Numbered from the stretch's first letter, positions 18,355-28,057 are shown. The stretch: 64,000 nucleotides of DNA from Spirochaetia bacterium (GCA_009885955.1 VFJS01000022.1:51-64050), one strand, 5' to 3'. Notes: a model not told the origin generated them from the sequence alone. Translations and numbers: made by a program.

Positions 18355-19596
18355 ATGGCTGATACAAGAATTTTAATCGTCGATGACGATTCAATAACAA
18401 AAGATATACTCAAAGAGATAATAAAAAATGACGGCTTTATTCCTGTGCTGGCTTCTAACGGCAGGGAGGCGATGGACCTGATCAAAAAGGAGCCCTTTCT
18501 CATTATAATTACTGATATTGAAATGCCTGTCATGGATGGGAATGAACTTATCACACTGATCAGGGAAATTGACAGGGACGCCATTATTATTGTTTTAACA
18601 AGCCACAGCGAGTTGGAGCTGGTTATCGATATAATGAAAAAGGGGGTATATGATTATATCATAAAGCCTATTGAACAGGGTGAAATATTGATGAAGATTG
18701 GGAGAGCCTATGAAACAGCCTGTCTCAGGAAAACAGTAAAAGTGCGTGAAAACGAAAAGGTGGCAAGGCTTGAGAATCAGTTGAACTGGCTAAAATGGAA
18801 TGAACAGATTTTAAGGCGCGATTTTGACCGAATTGACAGCACACTGTTTAAGAGCCTTCACACAAGCTTCAATCAGGGCGCCGGGTTCGGCTCTATCCTG
18901 ACACTTATAAATATTGTATCTTCAACGGCTGTAAAAGAAGGAAAAAATTATCTCATTGACGCTGAAGTATTCGATATGATAAAATACAGTTCCGATTTAG
19001 CATTTAAAACCATCGATGTTTTTGCATCAATAAACAACATAATATCAAATAAATTTCAATTTAAAACCATGTCCCTGGAGGACCTCCACGAATTGTTGAA
19101 TTACACAATTATAAAGCTTTCCAAATACAAAAAGATGAAGAATCACACAATACTCATAAGTGATAAAAAAAGCTTTTTTTCGGAAAAAAATGTACAGATT
19201 GAACCGGTCTATTTTGAAGTTGCTTTTACTGAACTATTAGTCAATGCTTTCAAGTTTTCGAAAAAAAACACAATTATAACAGTTATCATGGAGATGGTAG
19301 ACAAAAATTTAGAGTTATCTGTCATAAGTGATCCTGAACCGGGGCCCGGGAAAATAATCGGTATACCGGAGGAATATCAGAATCTCATATTTGAACCATT
19401 TTTCAGGATGGCTAATAATGTTTACGAAGATTATCAAGCTCTGGATTTTGGCCTTGGGCTGGTAACGGTGAACAAAATTGTTTTAAAACATAATGGCACC
19501 ATTAAGGTGTATAATGCGAAAGATCATTCTAACATTGAATCTGATCCTGTAATTAAAGTGGATTTCACAGTTTCTCTACCCTTTATTAGCAGCTGA
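18355..19596 (+). CDS. Response-regulator receiver fused to a histidine-kinase-like ATPase domain
   Basis: Receiver (ILIVDDDSIT, IIITDIEMPVMDG, IIKP). C-terminal HATPase_c-like boxes (ELLVNAFKFS, IFEPFFRM, GLGLVTVNKIVLKHNGTI). No canonical H-box; only a weak candidate (FKSLHTSFNQG). Confidence 0.75.
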   Translation: MADTRILIVDDDSITKDILKEIIKNDGFIPVLASNGREAMDLIKKEPFLIIITDIEMPVMDGNELITLIREIDRDAIIIVLTSHSELELVIDIMKKGVYDYIIKPIEQGEILMKIGRAYETACLRKTVKVRENEKVARLENQLNWLKWNEQILRRDFDRIDSTLFKSLHTSFNQGAGFGSILTLINIVSSTAVKEGKNYLIDAEVFDMIKYSSDLAFKTIDVFASINNIISNKFQFKTMSLEDLHELLNYTIIKLSKYKKMKNHTILISDKKSFFSEKNVQIEPVYFEVAFTELLVNAFKFSKKNTIITVIMEMVDKNLELSVISDPEPGPGKIIGIPEEYQNLIFEPFFRMANNVYEDYQALDFGLGLVTVNKIVLKHNGTIKVYNAKDHSNIESDPVIKVDFTVSLPFISS

Positions 19597-19832
19597 GGAG
19601 GTATTAAATATGAATATAAGAAGTAGTTTTCATATACTATCAAATGTTTAATGGTATTTTTACAAATTTAATTTAATTGAGCTCTTAATTTTTTTTCAAG
19701 CATAAAGCACTCAATAAAAAATTTTTTCCACGCTTTGAGCCATATTTCACACATCGTTAAAAACGCTACAGAACACTACTGTACATTCCGAGATATAATA
19801 GGAGTAGACTTCAAATTTTTATAGTTTTTTAA

Positions 19833-19861
19833 TTGACACTGAATAATGAATGTACTGAAAT
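19833..19861 (+). promoter_or_regulatory. Candidate sigma70-type promoter for the 7-gene operon
   Basis: TTGACA (19833-19838), a 17-nt spacer, then TGAAAT (19856-19861), about 95 nt upstream of the ATG at 19956 in a 359-nt AT-rich gap. Motif match only. Confidence 0.3.
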
Positions 19862-19955
19862 ACTCGAAGTTATAATGTTTATTTTAATATATAATTTTTG
19901 AAATATATACAAATGGCGTTCTAACATAAATTTTCTTAATGCAGGGTAAAGCTGG

Positions 19956-21308
19956 ATGACATTCACCTATGTAATGATTTTTTCTTTTTGCATCATACTC
20001 GGTTTCATAGCTTTCTATATAATCAATTCAGTGGTTATGCCGAAAAAGATCGATGAAATAGCCAAAATGATTGATATCGGCCAGGCCAAGGCCGCGATAA
20101 AAAAACTGAACGAAATGATCGAAAAGGATGACCACAACCCCTTTGCCCATTACCTTCTGGCCAGGGCTTATGTTATTGAAGGAAACAGCCAGTACGGCAT
20201 TGTGGAATACAGGCAGGTCCTCAAGTTCGGCAGGTTTGATGAACGGATGCGTGAGGCTGACATCCGTAGGGCGCTGGCGAAAATGTACATGGATAAAAAA
20301 GCCGTGGAAGAGGCAAAAAAGGAGTACCTTATATTGACCAAGATTGAGCCGAACAATTTTGAGAATTATTTTGAATCGGGCAGGATATTTTTTAACACGA
20401 ATGTTTATGACAAGGCAATCGGCTTTTTTAAAAAAGCCGTCTCATTGAATGACCAGAATGAAGAGTCCTTTTATTACCTGGGCCAGATTTACTACAGAAA
20501 TAACATGCATCCCGAAGCAAAACAGATGCTCACAAATGCGGTGAAAATAAATCCTAAAAATTACAAGGCGCACTATTTTCTGGGGCTTGTGCTCAGGCAG
20601 ATGAATGATTACGAGTGGGCCATCAAGGAATTTGACACTGCCGAGAAAAGTGACGACCTGAAAGTCAAGTGCTATCTGGCCAAGGGGTCATGCTACCTGG
20701 AGAAGGGCGGCTTTCCCAAAGCCATACAGGAATTCGAAAAGGGCCTCAAGTATGTGAGGAAAGGGACTGAAACCGAGCTCAACCTCAGATATTTTCTTGC
20801 CGAGTGCCATGAAAAGATGAGGGATATTCATTCGGCCATTGTGAACTGGGAGAGGATTGTAGAGGTGAACCCCAAGTTCAGGGATGTCAACGAGAAGCTT
20901 AGGAATTTTTCCGAGTTCAGGCAGGATGACCGGATCAAGGACTTCATGATTGCAGGCCTTTCACAGTTTGAGCACATGTGCAGAAAAATGGTCCAGGCTA
21001 TGGGTTTCAACATCAGTGAAATTGAAATAATCAGCGATACGGAAATAGAAATGATAGTCACGGAGAGCGAAGGAAAGTGGAGAAACGCAAGGCAGACAAA
21101 CAGGATAGTCAGGATCAACAGGACCACGGAGAAGGTTAGTGAAAGTCTGCTCAGGAAACTCCATGAATCAATGAAATTGAAGAATTCAACAAGGGTTATG
21201 ATGATAACCACCGGAGAATATTCGTCAAAGGCCGTGGAATTTGCAAATACCAGGCCCATAGACATATTGAGTAAATCCGACCTTGTTGACATTCTGAAGA
21301 AAATTTAG
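19956..21308 (+). CDS. Membrane-anchored TPR protein with C-terminal Mrr-like (PD-(D/E)xK fold) domain, apparently degenerate
   Basis: N-terminal TM helix (VMIFSFCIILGFIAFYIINSVV). About 8 TPR-like repeats (AHYLLARAYV, YYLGQIYY, AHYFLGLVL...). The C-terminal roughly 125 aa align by eye to the Mrr_cat pattern (FEHMCRKMVQAMGF...SDTEIEMIV...RIVRINR...VMMITTGEYSSKAVEFA...IDILSKSDLVDIL). Confidence 0.7.
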   Translation: MTFTYVMIFSFCIILGFIAFYIINSVVMPKKIDEIAKMIDIGQAKAAIKKLNEMIEKDDHNPFAHYLLARAYVIEGNSQYGIVEYRQVLKFGRFDERMREADIRRALAKMYMDKKAVEEAKKEYLILTKIEPNNFENYFESGRIFFNTNVYDKAIGFFKKAVSLNDQNEESFYYLGQIYYRNNMHPEAKQMLTNAVKINPKNYKAHYFLGLVLRQMNDYEWAIKEFDTAEKSDDLKVKCYLAKGSCYLEKGGFPKAIQEFEKGLKYVRKGTETELNLRYFLAECHEKMRDIHSAIVNWERIVEVNPKFRDVNEKLRNFSEFRQDDRIKDFMIAGLSQFEHMCRKMVQAMGFNISEIEIISDTEIEMIVTESEGKWRNARQTNRIVRINRTTEKVSESLLRKLHESMKLKNSTRVMMITTGEYSSKAVEFANTRPIDILSKSDLVDILKKI

Positions 21309-21323
21309 AAAGTTCCTGACCAG

Positions 21324-23138
21324 ATGAACGCTATCGAAAAATTAATCCGCGAAATACCATTTTTCAGACATTTTACTTCGTCGGAAATATCCCAGTTTTT
21401 CACCATTGGACGGCTGTCCCAAATCAGGAAGAATCAGGTCATTGATTTGAAGAAGACCAATTCTTTTAACCTCGTTGTAAAGGGGATTTTTGAATCGGAA
21501 AATGCCGGGAAAAAGGATGTTGTGTATATCACTTCGGGATCTTTTTTCGGGACCATACCTTTTTCAGAACAGTCACAGCGCGGGACGTTAAGGGCGCTAT
21601 GCGACTCAACGCTTCTGATTTACGGTGAGGAGGAGCTTTACAGATTTTTTCTTGGATCATGGAAGGGGCTGCGGGGATATATCAGAAGCATTGAGAAACT
21701 GGGCTTCAATGTATCCCCGGCAGGGAGAAAGTATTTCGGGGAGAACAGCAGAATCATTTCCGTTTACGGCAATGCCCCGTCATGCGGAAAATCATTTATG
21801 GCTTCAGTGCTTGGAATGGCCATGGCAAAATCCGGCAGGACAATAATTCTCGACCTTTCCTATTCCGGAAGTTCCATTTTTAATATATTTGATAAAAAGA
21901 TAACATCGCCCCTATCGCAGAAGCAGGTTGACGGGCCATCTATCGAAGAGTTAATCCATAGCAGAATAGTGGAAGTGAGTGACACCCTCCATCTTATAAA
22001 CATCTCCTTCGGGTCAAAGGTAAAGGTCAATCCGGCAATTCTATCGCCTGTCCTCTTTGTCCTGTCAAAGTCATACCGGTATATCTTAACCGACCTGTCG
22101 GATTATGACAGCAGTTTACGAGACCGGGCTTTTGAACTTTCTGATATCATATTTTCCATTGTGGGGAGGAAGAAATATGCCTCCATTGCCCATGATATGT
22201 TTAATTCAAGGCTGGTGGATGCCCAGAGAGTATTCTATACGGCAAATGAACATGTGACCGGCAGGATGAAGATATATGATGGCGGCCTTATTTTGCAGAA
22301 ATATACTATCAGCCCCGGAGATAACCAGCTGGAACAGCTCGGGCAGATTAGCGCCGGGGAAAACATATCCCGGTTTGTACATGTCATTACTGAAAAAAAA
22401 AGGGCTCTGATTTTCGAAACTTCGCTTCTTGAATCTGTATATTATGCAGGTTTTTTAAGCGCCTCTGAAATGAGCGGACAGAAATTCAACTATTTCTACT
22501 CCTCGTCATATGGGTATATCCTGATGGTGCTTTACATCGTGAGCAGGGATATCGGGGAGTTCAAGAAAAGGGTAGTTGAATTTTTTTCCGAGCGCAGGAT
22601 AAATAACCTCCTTGAAATTGTCTTTCCCGAGCAGCATATCTTTAAAAAGGACAGGCTGATGAAATATTCCGCGGAATTGTGCGGTGAGAGCCGCATTGAA
22701 AATTTTAAAACTATACCGGTGGCAAAACTCATGAACAGCGCAACAGGGTCATCCAGGCTTTTCAGCACCGGTCTGCTGAAGGAGATTTTTGCCTCATCAT
22801 TCCTCATATATCCGGCTTTTGAGCCTCAGAAGCTGGGTTCTGAATATTTTGATTCCGGTTACCCCCTGAACAGTGTTCAGGTTGAAGACATGTTCAGGAG
22901 TGATATTGATGAAATAGTTCATGTGTCGGTAAACAGCAGTGAAACAATGGAGTTTAAGAATGAGAGGGTCCTTAATTTTTATAAAAAATATATTGATAAT
23001 CTCTCTGCAATGAAATTTGCAGGGAAAGTGGGGACTCTTGCAGACAAAAATATAGTTATTGACGCTTCTGAAAAGAAATTAAAAGTTGAAAAAATAATAG
23101 AAATATCGGAAAAGAGTTATCATAAGAATATTTTATGA
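21324..23138 (+). CDS. Three-module protein: cNMP-binding-like, MinD/ParA-like P-loop and patatin-like domains (motifs degenerate)
   Basis: Residues 1-110 resemble a cyclic-nucleotide-binding fold (IPFFRHF...FFGTIPF...RGTLRALCDSTLL). The central segment is IISVYGNAPSCGKSFMASVLGMAMAKSGRTIILDLS, with a Walker-B-like YRYILTDLS. The C-terminal half resembles patatin (ALIFETS in place of GGG, SSSYG in place of GxSxG, FDSGYP in place of DGG). Confidence 0.6.
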   Translation: MNAIEKLIREIPFFRHFTSSEISQFFTIGRLSQIRKNQVIDLKKTNSFNLVVKGIFESENAGKKDVVYITSGSFFGTIPFSEQSQRGTLRALCDSTLLIYGEEELYRFFLGSWKGLRGYIRSIEKLGFNVSPAGRKYFGENSRIISVYGNAPSCGKSFMASVLGMAMAKSGRTIILDLSYSGSSIFNIFDKKITSPLSQKQVDGPSIEELIHSRIVEVSDTLHLINISFGSKVKVNPAILSPVLFVLSKSYRYILTDLSDYDSSLRDRAFELSDIIFSIVGRKKYASIAHDMFNSRLVDAQRVFYTANEHVTGRMKIYDGGLILQKYTISPGDNQLEQLGQISAGENISRFVHVITEKKRALIFETSLLESVYYAGFLSASEMSGQKFNYFYSSSYGYILMVLYIVSRDIGEFKKRVVEFFSERRINNLLEIVFPEQHIFKKDRLMKYSAELCGESRIENFKTIPVAKLMNSATGSSRLFSTGLLKEIFASSFLIYPAFEPQKLGSEYFDSGYPLNSVQVEDMFRSDIDEIVHVSVNSSETMEFKNERVLNFYKKYIDNLSAMKFAGKVGTLADKNIVIDASEKKLKVEKIIEISEKSYHKNIL

Positions 23139-23175
23139 AATTTCATACATAGCGGATTTTCTGGAGGTTTATCCG

Positions 23176-23676
23176 ATGAGGTCAAGATCGACAAATGTCA
23201 TGCAGGGGGCTGTTTTAATTACCGGCCTTGCCTACATCATCATAGGGATTCTACTGTATGTATCGCCACTCTGGGTATTGAAATTTTTTGTAGAAAACAT
23301 ATCAGAAAACTGGCTTGATCTTGTAAGGGATAATGAGCTCGTGGCGCCTCTTTATAATATTACCCGCGGCTTTTCCGCGCTCCTTTTTACTTCAGGGTTT
23401 GCCATGATAATGCCGCTTTTTGATCCCCTGAAATACAGGGGCCTGATTTTTTATAACGGCCTTGTATTCCCTTTATTTTCATCAATTATATTTATTTATT
23501 CAATTATTTCAGGGAAAAAAGGGGGCTCAAATGTTGCCAGGGCGTCTGTTGAATCTTCGGGGCAGGAGGTCCATTCGATTATTGTAATTCTTGGAATTGT
23601 TTTTTTATGTATAATGATTATCAATGCGATTGGACTTATAATGACAAAAAAAGAGGCGCGGGAAGGGACGGAATAG
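23176..23676 (+). CDS. Small integral membrane protein (about 4 TM helices), unknown function
   Basis: GGAGG Shine-Dalgarno 7 nt upstream. Four hydrophobic stretches (e.g. AVLITGLAYIIIGILLYV, FSALLFTSGFAMIMPLF, LVFPLFSSIIFIYSII, IIVILGIVFLCIMIINAIGLI). Confidence 0.6.
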   Translation: MRSRSTNVMQGAVLITGLAYIIIGILLYVSPLWVLKFFVENISENWLDLVRDNELVAPLYNITRGFSALLFTSGFAMIMPLFDPLKYRGLIFYNGLVFPLFSSIIFIYSIISGKKGGSNVARASVESSGQEVHSIIVILGIVFLCIMIINAIGLIMTKKEAREGTE

Positions 23677-23743
23677 TTTTTTGATTGAAAAATCTATTAT
23701 GGACTATTATATTAGTCAGATATTATAGGTCAAGGGAGTTTCT

Positions 23744-24085
23744 ATGGAATTAAGATCACAAAAAAACGGAAATGCAATCATCATATTCCTCGAGGGAAGG
23801 CTTGATGTACACCTTTCAGCCGAGGTTGAAAAGGGGATAACCAGCCTTGTCAGTAAAAATCCCAATGATAATTTTATCCTGAATCTGAAGGATGTGGAAT
23901 ACATGAGCAGTTCCGGTTTGAGAATTTTCGTTTCAACCATGAGGGTCCTAAAAGAGACAAAAAGGCTTTTGAAATTATCGAATATGAATTCAGCAGTAAA
24001 AAAAATTTTTGAAGTTGTGGAATTAATTGATATGTTCGACATTTATGATACCGATGAACAGGCTTTAAAAGCCTTGCAGAAATAA
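23744..24085 (+). CDS. STAS-domain protein (SpoIIAA-like anti-sigma-factor antagonist)
   Basis: 113 aa. Typical STAS layout: IIFLEGRLDVHLSAEVE...ILNLKDVEYMSSSGLRIFV...LKLSNMNSAVKKIFEVVELIDMF. The phosphorylatable-Ser motif (SSSGL) is retained. Confidence 0.85.
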   Translation: MELRSQKNGNAIIIFLEGRLDVHLSAEVEKGITSLVSKNPNDNFILNLKDVEYMSSSGLRIFVSTMRVLKETKRLLKLSNMNSAVKKIFEVVELIDMFDIYDTDEQALKALQK

Positions 24086-24108
24086 CATAGTACCGGCAGC
24101 CCGTCCAA

Positions 24109-26316
24109 TTGAAATTTCGTAATGAAAAGGTCAGTCCCCAATCGCATCTTGCAGTACTGTCAGATTTTGTCAGGGACAATTTTAATATTGAAAAGCTTCT
24201 TTTAACCGGGAATGAATTAAGCGAAGGTCTGGAGAATTTTTTAAGATTTCAGAAATATCCAAATTACCGGTGGCCTGCCTGGGTGGAGATGAACGCCGGG
24301 GGTAAAACCGGCTCGTCCTATGGTATTACCCACCCTTTATTGATAAATAATATTTTAGGCCATTCGCTTTCATTTTCAAATTCCATATCAAAAGATGAGA
24401 TTTATATAGAACCTTCAGGGGGAATATCCCTCTCCTATGGAGCATGGTCCCTTGAATTCTGGATTCTACTGGGGGATACATTGTACAGGCCCCAGGAAGA
24501 TCCCGGGGAAGTCAGAATTAAGAGGGACCCGGCTACTTCCATAGTCGAAATTGTCTGGAAAAATAAGGTCATGCAGTTAAAGCAGATAATTTACGGCGCA
24601 AGGAGCAATACTGATGAGGCTGTCATTGAATCTGAATGCACTCTCAATACTCCAGGCAGGGACGCCCATCTCATTATATCAGTGAGGCCTTATAATAACC
24701 GGAAAATCGGCGGGCTCAATGTCATTGAATTCAATAAGTCGGCCCGCGTGATGAAAATAAATGACCGAAAATCCCTGGCTGTTGATGATAAGCCGGAATT
24801 TATAAATGCAGGCAACGGTGAGGCCGGAGATGTAGTACTGAACACGGGACATGACGTGTCTGGAATAGTATGTAAAAAAGGGATGGCTTCCATGTCCCTT
24901 GGATACAAACTTAAAAAAGGGGCAAACAGCATCTATGTCCGTTTATCACTTGACTCGCATGGCGACCTTTCCCACGGGAAAATTGATTTCACCAGGCTGA
25001 AAAGGGATTACATTGATTTTTCTAAATTTAGAATTAATTCAGGGATGAACCTTTCTACTCCGGATTCAGAATTTAACTCCTGGTTCTATGCATCCAAATC
25101 TTCTGTGCTTAATTTTCTGGACAAGGAGGCCTTCCTTGATCAAGATATTGATTCTTTCGACTGCAGAAAGATTTTTTACATGATATTCGGATTTAACAGA
25201 ATGGGATATGTTACTGAATCCAAGAAGTACGTAGACCTCATAATTAGCAAATATATTGTGAATGAAAAAAATATGAATTTCAGCTCCGCCAATGATGTTT
25301 TTTATATCATCAATTCCTTTGCCGATTATTTTATTCACACAAGGGACCTGGACTATCTGCAGCTGAACTATCTTGAAAGGCTGAAAAAATTCGGTACCTG
25401 CCTGTTTAAATATTCTTCTACGATAAAAAAGGTGGAGGACCTCGGTACAAATACCATAGATGAACGATACATGAAAGAGCCGAGATATGATGATTTGATT
25501 CTCATGGCCTATTCCCTTTATCAATTTTCCTATCTGGCGCGGTGCCTGGGCATTTTTGATGATGAAAAGAGGTTCATGAAGGAATATGAGAGGATTGAAA
25601 ATATATTTTTAAAATATGCCGGTGAATATGAAAGCAGGTATTTTCCCGACGAGTTTTTTTATTATGACCTTCAGTCGGCATATCCTTTCAGAATGGAAAA
25701 TATTACCGGTGATATTACTAAATCAATGATAGAGAGAATAATAAAACACTTCAACGCAGATCTTCTGCATAATAAATCCCTGGGCTTCGATATTTTTCCG
25801 AGTATCATTTTTATCACGAATCTCATTATACAAAAAGACTCCAGAGCAATTGAAATTATCAGGAAGCTGTTTCAATATGGCGGAGAAAACTATTCCCTTC
25901 CTGAATTCATAAATCCGTCTACAGGGAAGGGGGGCAGGGGAAGGGGAGCGTCAAAACTTATAAGCTCACTTATATTTTCCATGATCAGGAATTTCATCTT
26001 TATTGATACAAAGGAGAGGCTTGATATTTTTCCTGTTCCGGTTGAAAGCTGGTTTAAGCCCGGGGTGAACATTATAGTTGATGATGCGCCATCCAGGTTC
26101 GGCAGGATTAATTTTAATGTAAAGACAACCTCCAATGAAATACAGTTTTATTTTAATAAGCTGCCGAAATATATTCCGCCTGATATCATGATAAATCTCC
26201 CATTTAAAGTTGAAATTGTGGAGGGTGATGATTTTATAGTAAAAAAAATAGTCAATAATACCTTTATCATACATGGCTGGCCCGCTCTTGTCCGTTTTTT
26301 GAAAAAACAGCATTAA
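24109..26316 (+). CDS. Large hypothetical protein (735 aa); C-terminal half possibly an (alpha/alpha)6 toroid
   Basis: Long ORF with coding-like composition, 23 nt after the STAS gene. TTG start, which is uncertain. Only a weak by-eye resemblance to debranching-enzyme/GH-like C-termini (YSLPEFINPSTGKGGRG). No catalytic motif recognised. Confidence 0.5.
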   Translation: MKFRNEKVSPQSHLAVLSDFVRDNFNIEKLLLTGNELSEGLENFLRFQKYPNYRWPAWVEMNAGGKTGSSYGITHPLLINNILGHSLSFSNSISKDEIYIEPSGGISLSYGAWSLEFWILLGDTLYRPQEDPGEVRIKRDPATSIVEIVWKNKVMQLKQIIYGARSNTDEAVIESECTLNTPGRDAHLIISVRPYNNRKIGGLNVIEFNKSARVMKINDRKSLAVDDKPEFINAGNGEAGDVVLNTGHDVSGIVCKKGMASMSLGYKLKKGANSIYVRLSLDSHGDLSHGKIDFTRLKRDYIDFSKFRINSGMNLSTPDSEFNSWFYASKSSVLNFLDKEAFLDQDIDSFDCRKIFYMIFGFNRMGYVTESKKYVDLIISKYIVNEKNMNFSSANDVFYIINSFADYFIHTRDLDYLQLNYLERLKKFGTCLFKYSSTIKKVEDLGTNTIDERYMKEPRYDDLILMAYSLYQFSYLARCLGIFDDEKRFMKEYERIENIFLKYAGEYESRYFPDEFFYYDLQSAYPFRMENITGDITKSMIERIIKHFNADLLHNKSLGFDIFPSIIFITNLIIQKDSRAIEIIRKLFQYGGENYSLPEFINPSTGKGGRGRGASKLISSLIFSMIRNFIFIDTKERLDIFPVPVESWFKPGVNIIVDDAPSRFGRINFNVKTTSNEIQFYFNKLPKYIPPDIMINLPFKVEIVEGDDFIVKKIVNNTFIIHGWPALVRFLKKQH

Positions 26317-26473
26317 AGAGAGTTCAGTTAATCTGAATTTTCATCACCCTTTATATTTATTTAGAAATTTTATCATCTGTTATGTCGAAAATTAATTATA
26401 CTGCGGTTTCTATCTTGTAAGCTGTCAAACTGCTGTTAAAATATATGAATTATCCGGTTATACGGTAGATAAA

Positions 26474-28051
26474 ATGCTTTTTCAATATCTGGTTCCAGTT
26501 ATAATAATTTTAGCATTTATTGTGTATTATCTATATTATGTCGCACCCCGCAGAAATCCCCTGAACAGGGCCCGGAATTTCATTAACCAGAAAATGTTTG
26601 ATGAAGCAATTATAGAATATAAAAAAGCCCTGGACAGAAATCCGTCGGATTTTACCACGCATTACAGGCTCGGGAACCTCTATCTCTCCCTTAACAAAGT
26701 GGACCAGGGAGTCCTTCATCTCCAGGAGGTTTTAAAAATCAACAAGTTCAGCGTTGAAGTTGAAAAAATTGATATATTAAAAAATCTTGCCAGGTCATAT
26801 CTCCAGAGAGATGAGATAGAGGAAGCCTTCCAGATCCATATTGATATTTTAAACATATTCCCCAATGATGAGGAATCACTCTACCATGCGTCATTCATTG
26901 CGCTGGGGCAGGAGATGTTTGAGATGGCCAACAGGTATTTTGACAGGCTTGTAAAAATAAGCAGCAGGGATTTTAATATTTTTTTCGGCGCAGGAATGGC
27001 CAGTTTCCAGGAGCAGAAACTCACCGAGGCCATACATTATTTCAAGGAGGCATTAAATCTAAACGCCTATTCTGATATTGGAAATATATGCGCTGCCTAT
27101 GCCCAGCAGAATAAAAGCGATTATAAGAGCGCGATAAATCATACCAGGATGGTTATAGACAACACTACCGATGTGAATGCGAGCTTCATAGCCCAGAGGC
27201 TCCTCGGATATATCCTTGTAAAAGGCGGAAGATATAGTGAATCGGAGAAGGTCTTTCAGTTCCTGCTTGAATTCTGCAAAAAAAATTACCTGGATGATGA
27301 ATTGGCCCCGGTATTATATGATCTCGGCTTTGTATCAATCAAAGGAGAAAAAACAGACAAGGCCTATGAGTACTGGAACCAGGCATATCAGCACAACAGG
27401 AATTTCAGAAATCTGCAAAAGCTGATAACCATGCTGAGGAAGGAGATGGATAAGGCAACAGCGCAGAAGTCTGATATTCAAGCCATCACCATCGAAGAAC
27501 AGGTGAATGAATGGCACAGGGATTTTTTCCCTGAAGATTTCATTTGGAAAATATGCGGTTTAAAGAGCCAGTATGAAATCGACATCAGTAAAATCCGGAT
27601 CCCTTCAAAGGCAGGGGCCGGGAAAAAATCAACTGCAGGTAATTCTGACGGGAAAATTGAAGCTGTTCAGAGCGAAATTTTAAATAAATACCAGGATATT
27701 GATGTTGAGAACTTCAGAATTATATCAAGCAGGGTTCTGCTCAAACTGGGTTACGATGTTGATGAGATTCTGAATACGTACAAGGATTTTGACGGAGTGG
27801 ATTTTCTTGCCCATGCCACAACTAGCGGCAAAACCGTTCTTGTATGGGTCAGAAGATGGAAGGATACGGTTGTCGGCGAAATACCGCTTCGAAATTTTGC
27901 CCAGGCGATAAATGATATGAAAGCCAGCGAGGGAATTTTTATCACCACAAGCGGCCTGAGCGGGCCTGCTGAAGCATCACTCAAGAATCTGGTCAAGGTG
28001 AAGGTTATCACACCTGACCAGATGTCCGGTGTCCTTGCCGGTCTTCTTTAA
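26474..28051 (+). CDS. Membrane-anchored TPR protein with C-terminal Mrr-like (PD-(D/E)xK fold) domain; paralogue of 19956..21308
   Basis: N-terminal TM helix (YLVPVIIILAFIVYYLYYV) and TPR repeats. The C-terminus fits the Mrr_cat pattern (LLKLGYDV...DFDGVDFLAH...TVLVWVRRWK...PLRNFAQAI...GIFITTSGLSGPAEASL...VKVITPDQMSGVL). Confidence 0.7.
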   Translation: MLFQYLVPVIIILAFIVYYLYYVAPRRNPLNRARNFINQKMFDEAIIEYKKALDRNPSDFTTHYRLGNLYLSLNKVDQGVLHLQEVLKINKFSVEVEKIDILKNLARSYLQRDEIEEAFQIHIDILNIFPNDEESLYHASFIALGQEMFEMANRYFDRLVKISSRDFNIFFGAGMASFQEQKLTEAIHYFKEALNLNAYSDIGNICAAYAQQNKSDYKSAINHTRMVIDNTTDVNASFIAQRLLGYILVKGGRYSESEKVFQFLLEFCKKNYLDDELAPVLYDLGFVSIKGEKTDKAYEYWNQAYQHNRNFRNLQKLITMLRKEMDKATAQKSDIQAITIEEQVNEWHRDFFPEDFIWKICGLKSQYEIDISKIRIPSKAGAGKKSTAGNSDGKIEAVQSEILNKYQDIDVENFRIISSRVLLKLGYDVDEILNTYKDFDGVDFLAHATTSGKTVLVWVRRWKDTVVGEIPLRNFAQAINDMKASEGIFITTSGLSGPAEASLKNLVKVKVITPDQMSGVLAGLL

Positions 28052-28057
28052 AATTTT

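Noticed and set aside
19597-19955. Long AT-rich intergenic region, including a 13-codon mini-ORF after a GAGGAGG at the REC-HATPase stop; checked for riboswitch or RNA-gene signatures
   Set aside because: I could recognise no conserved RNA motif and no stable extended structure. The mini-ORF is too short to support. Only a promoter-like motif is reported.
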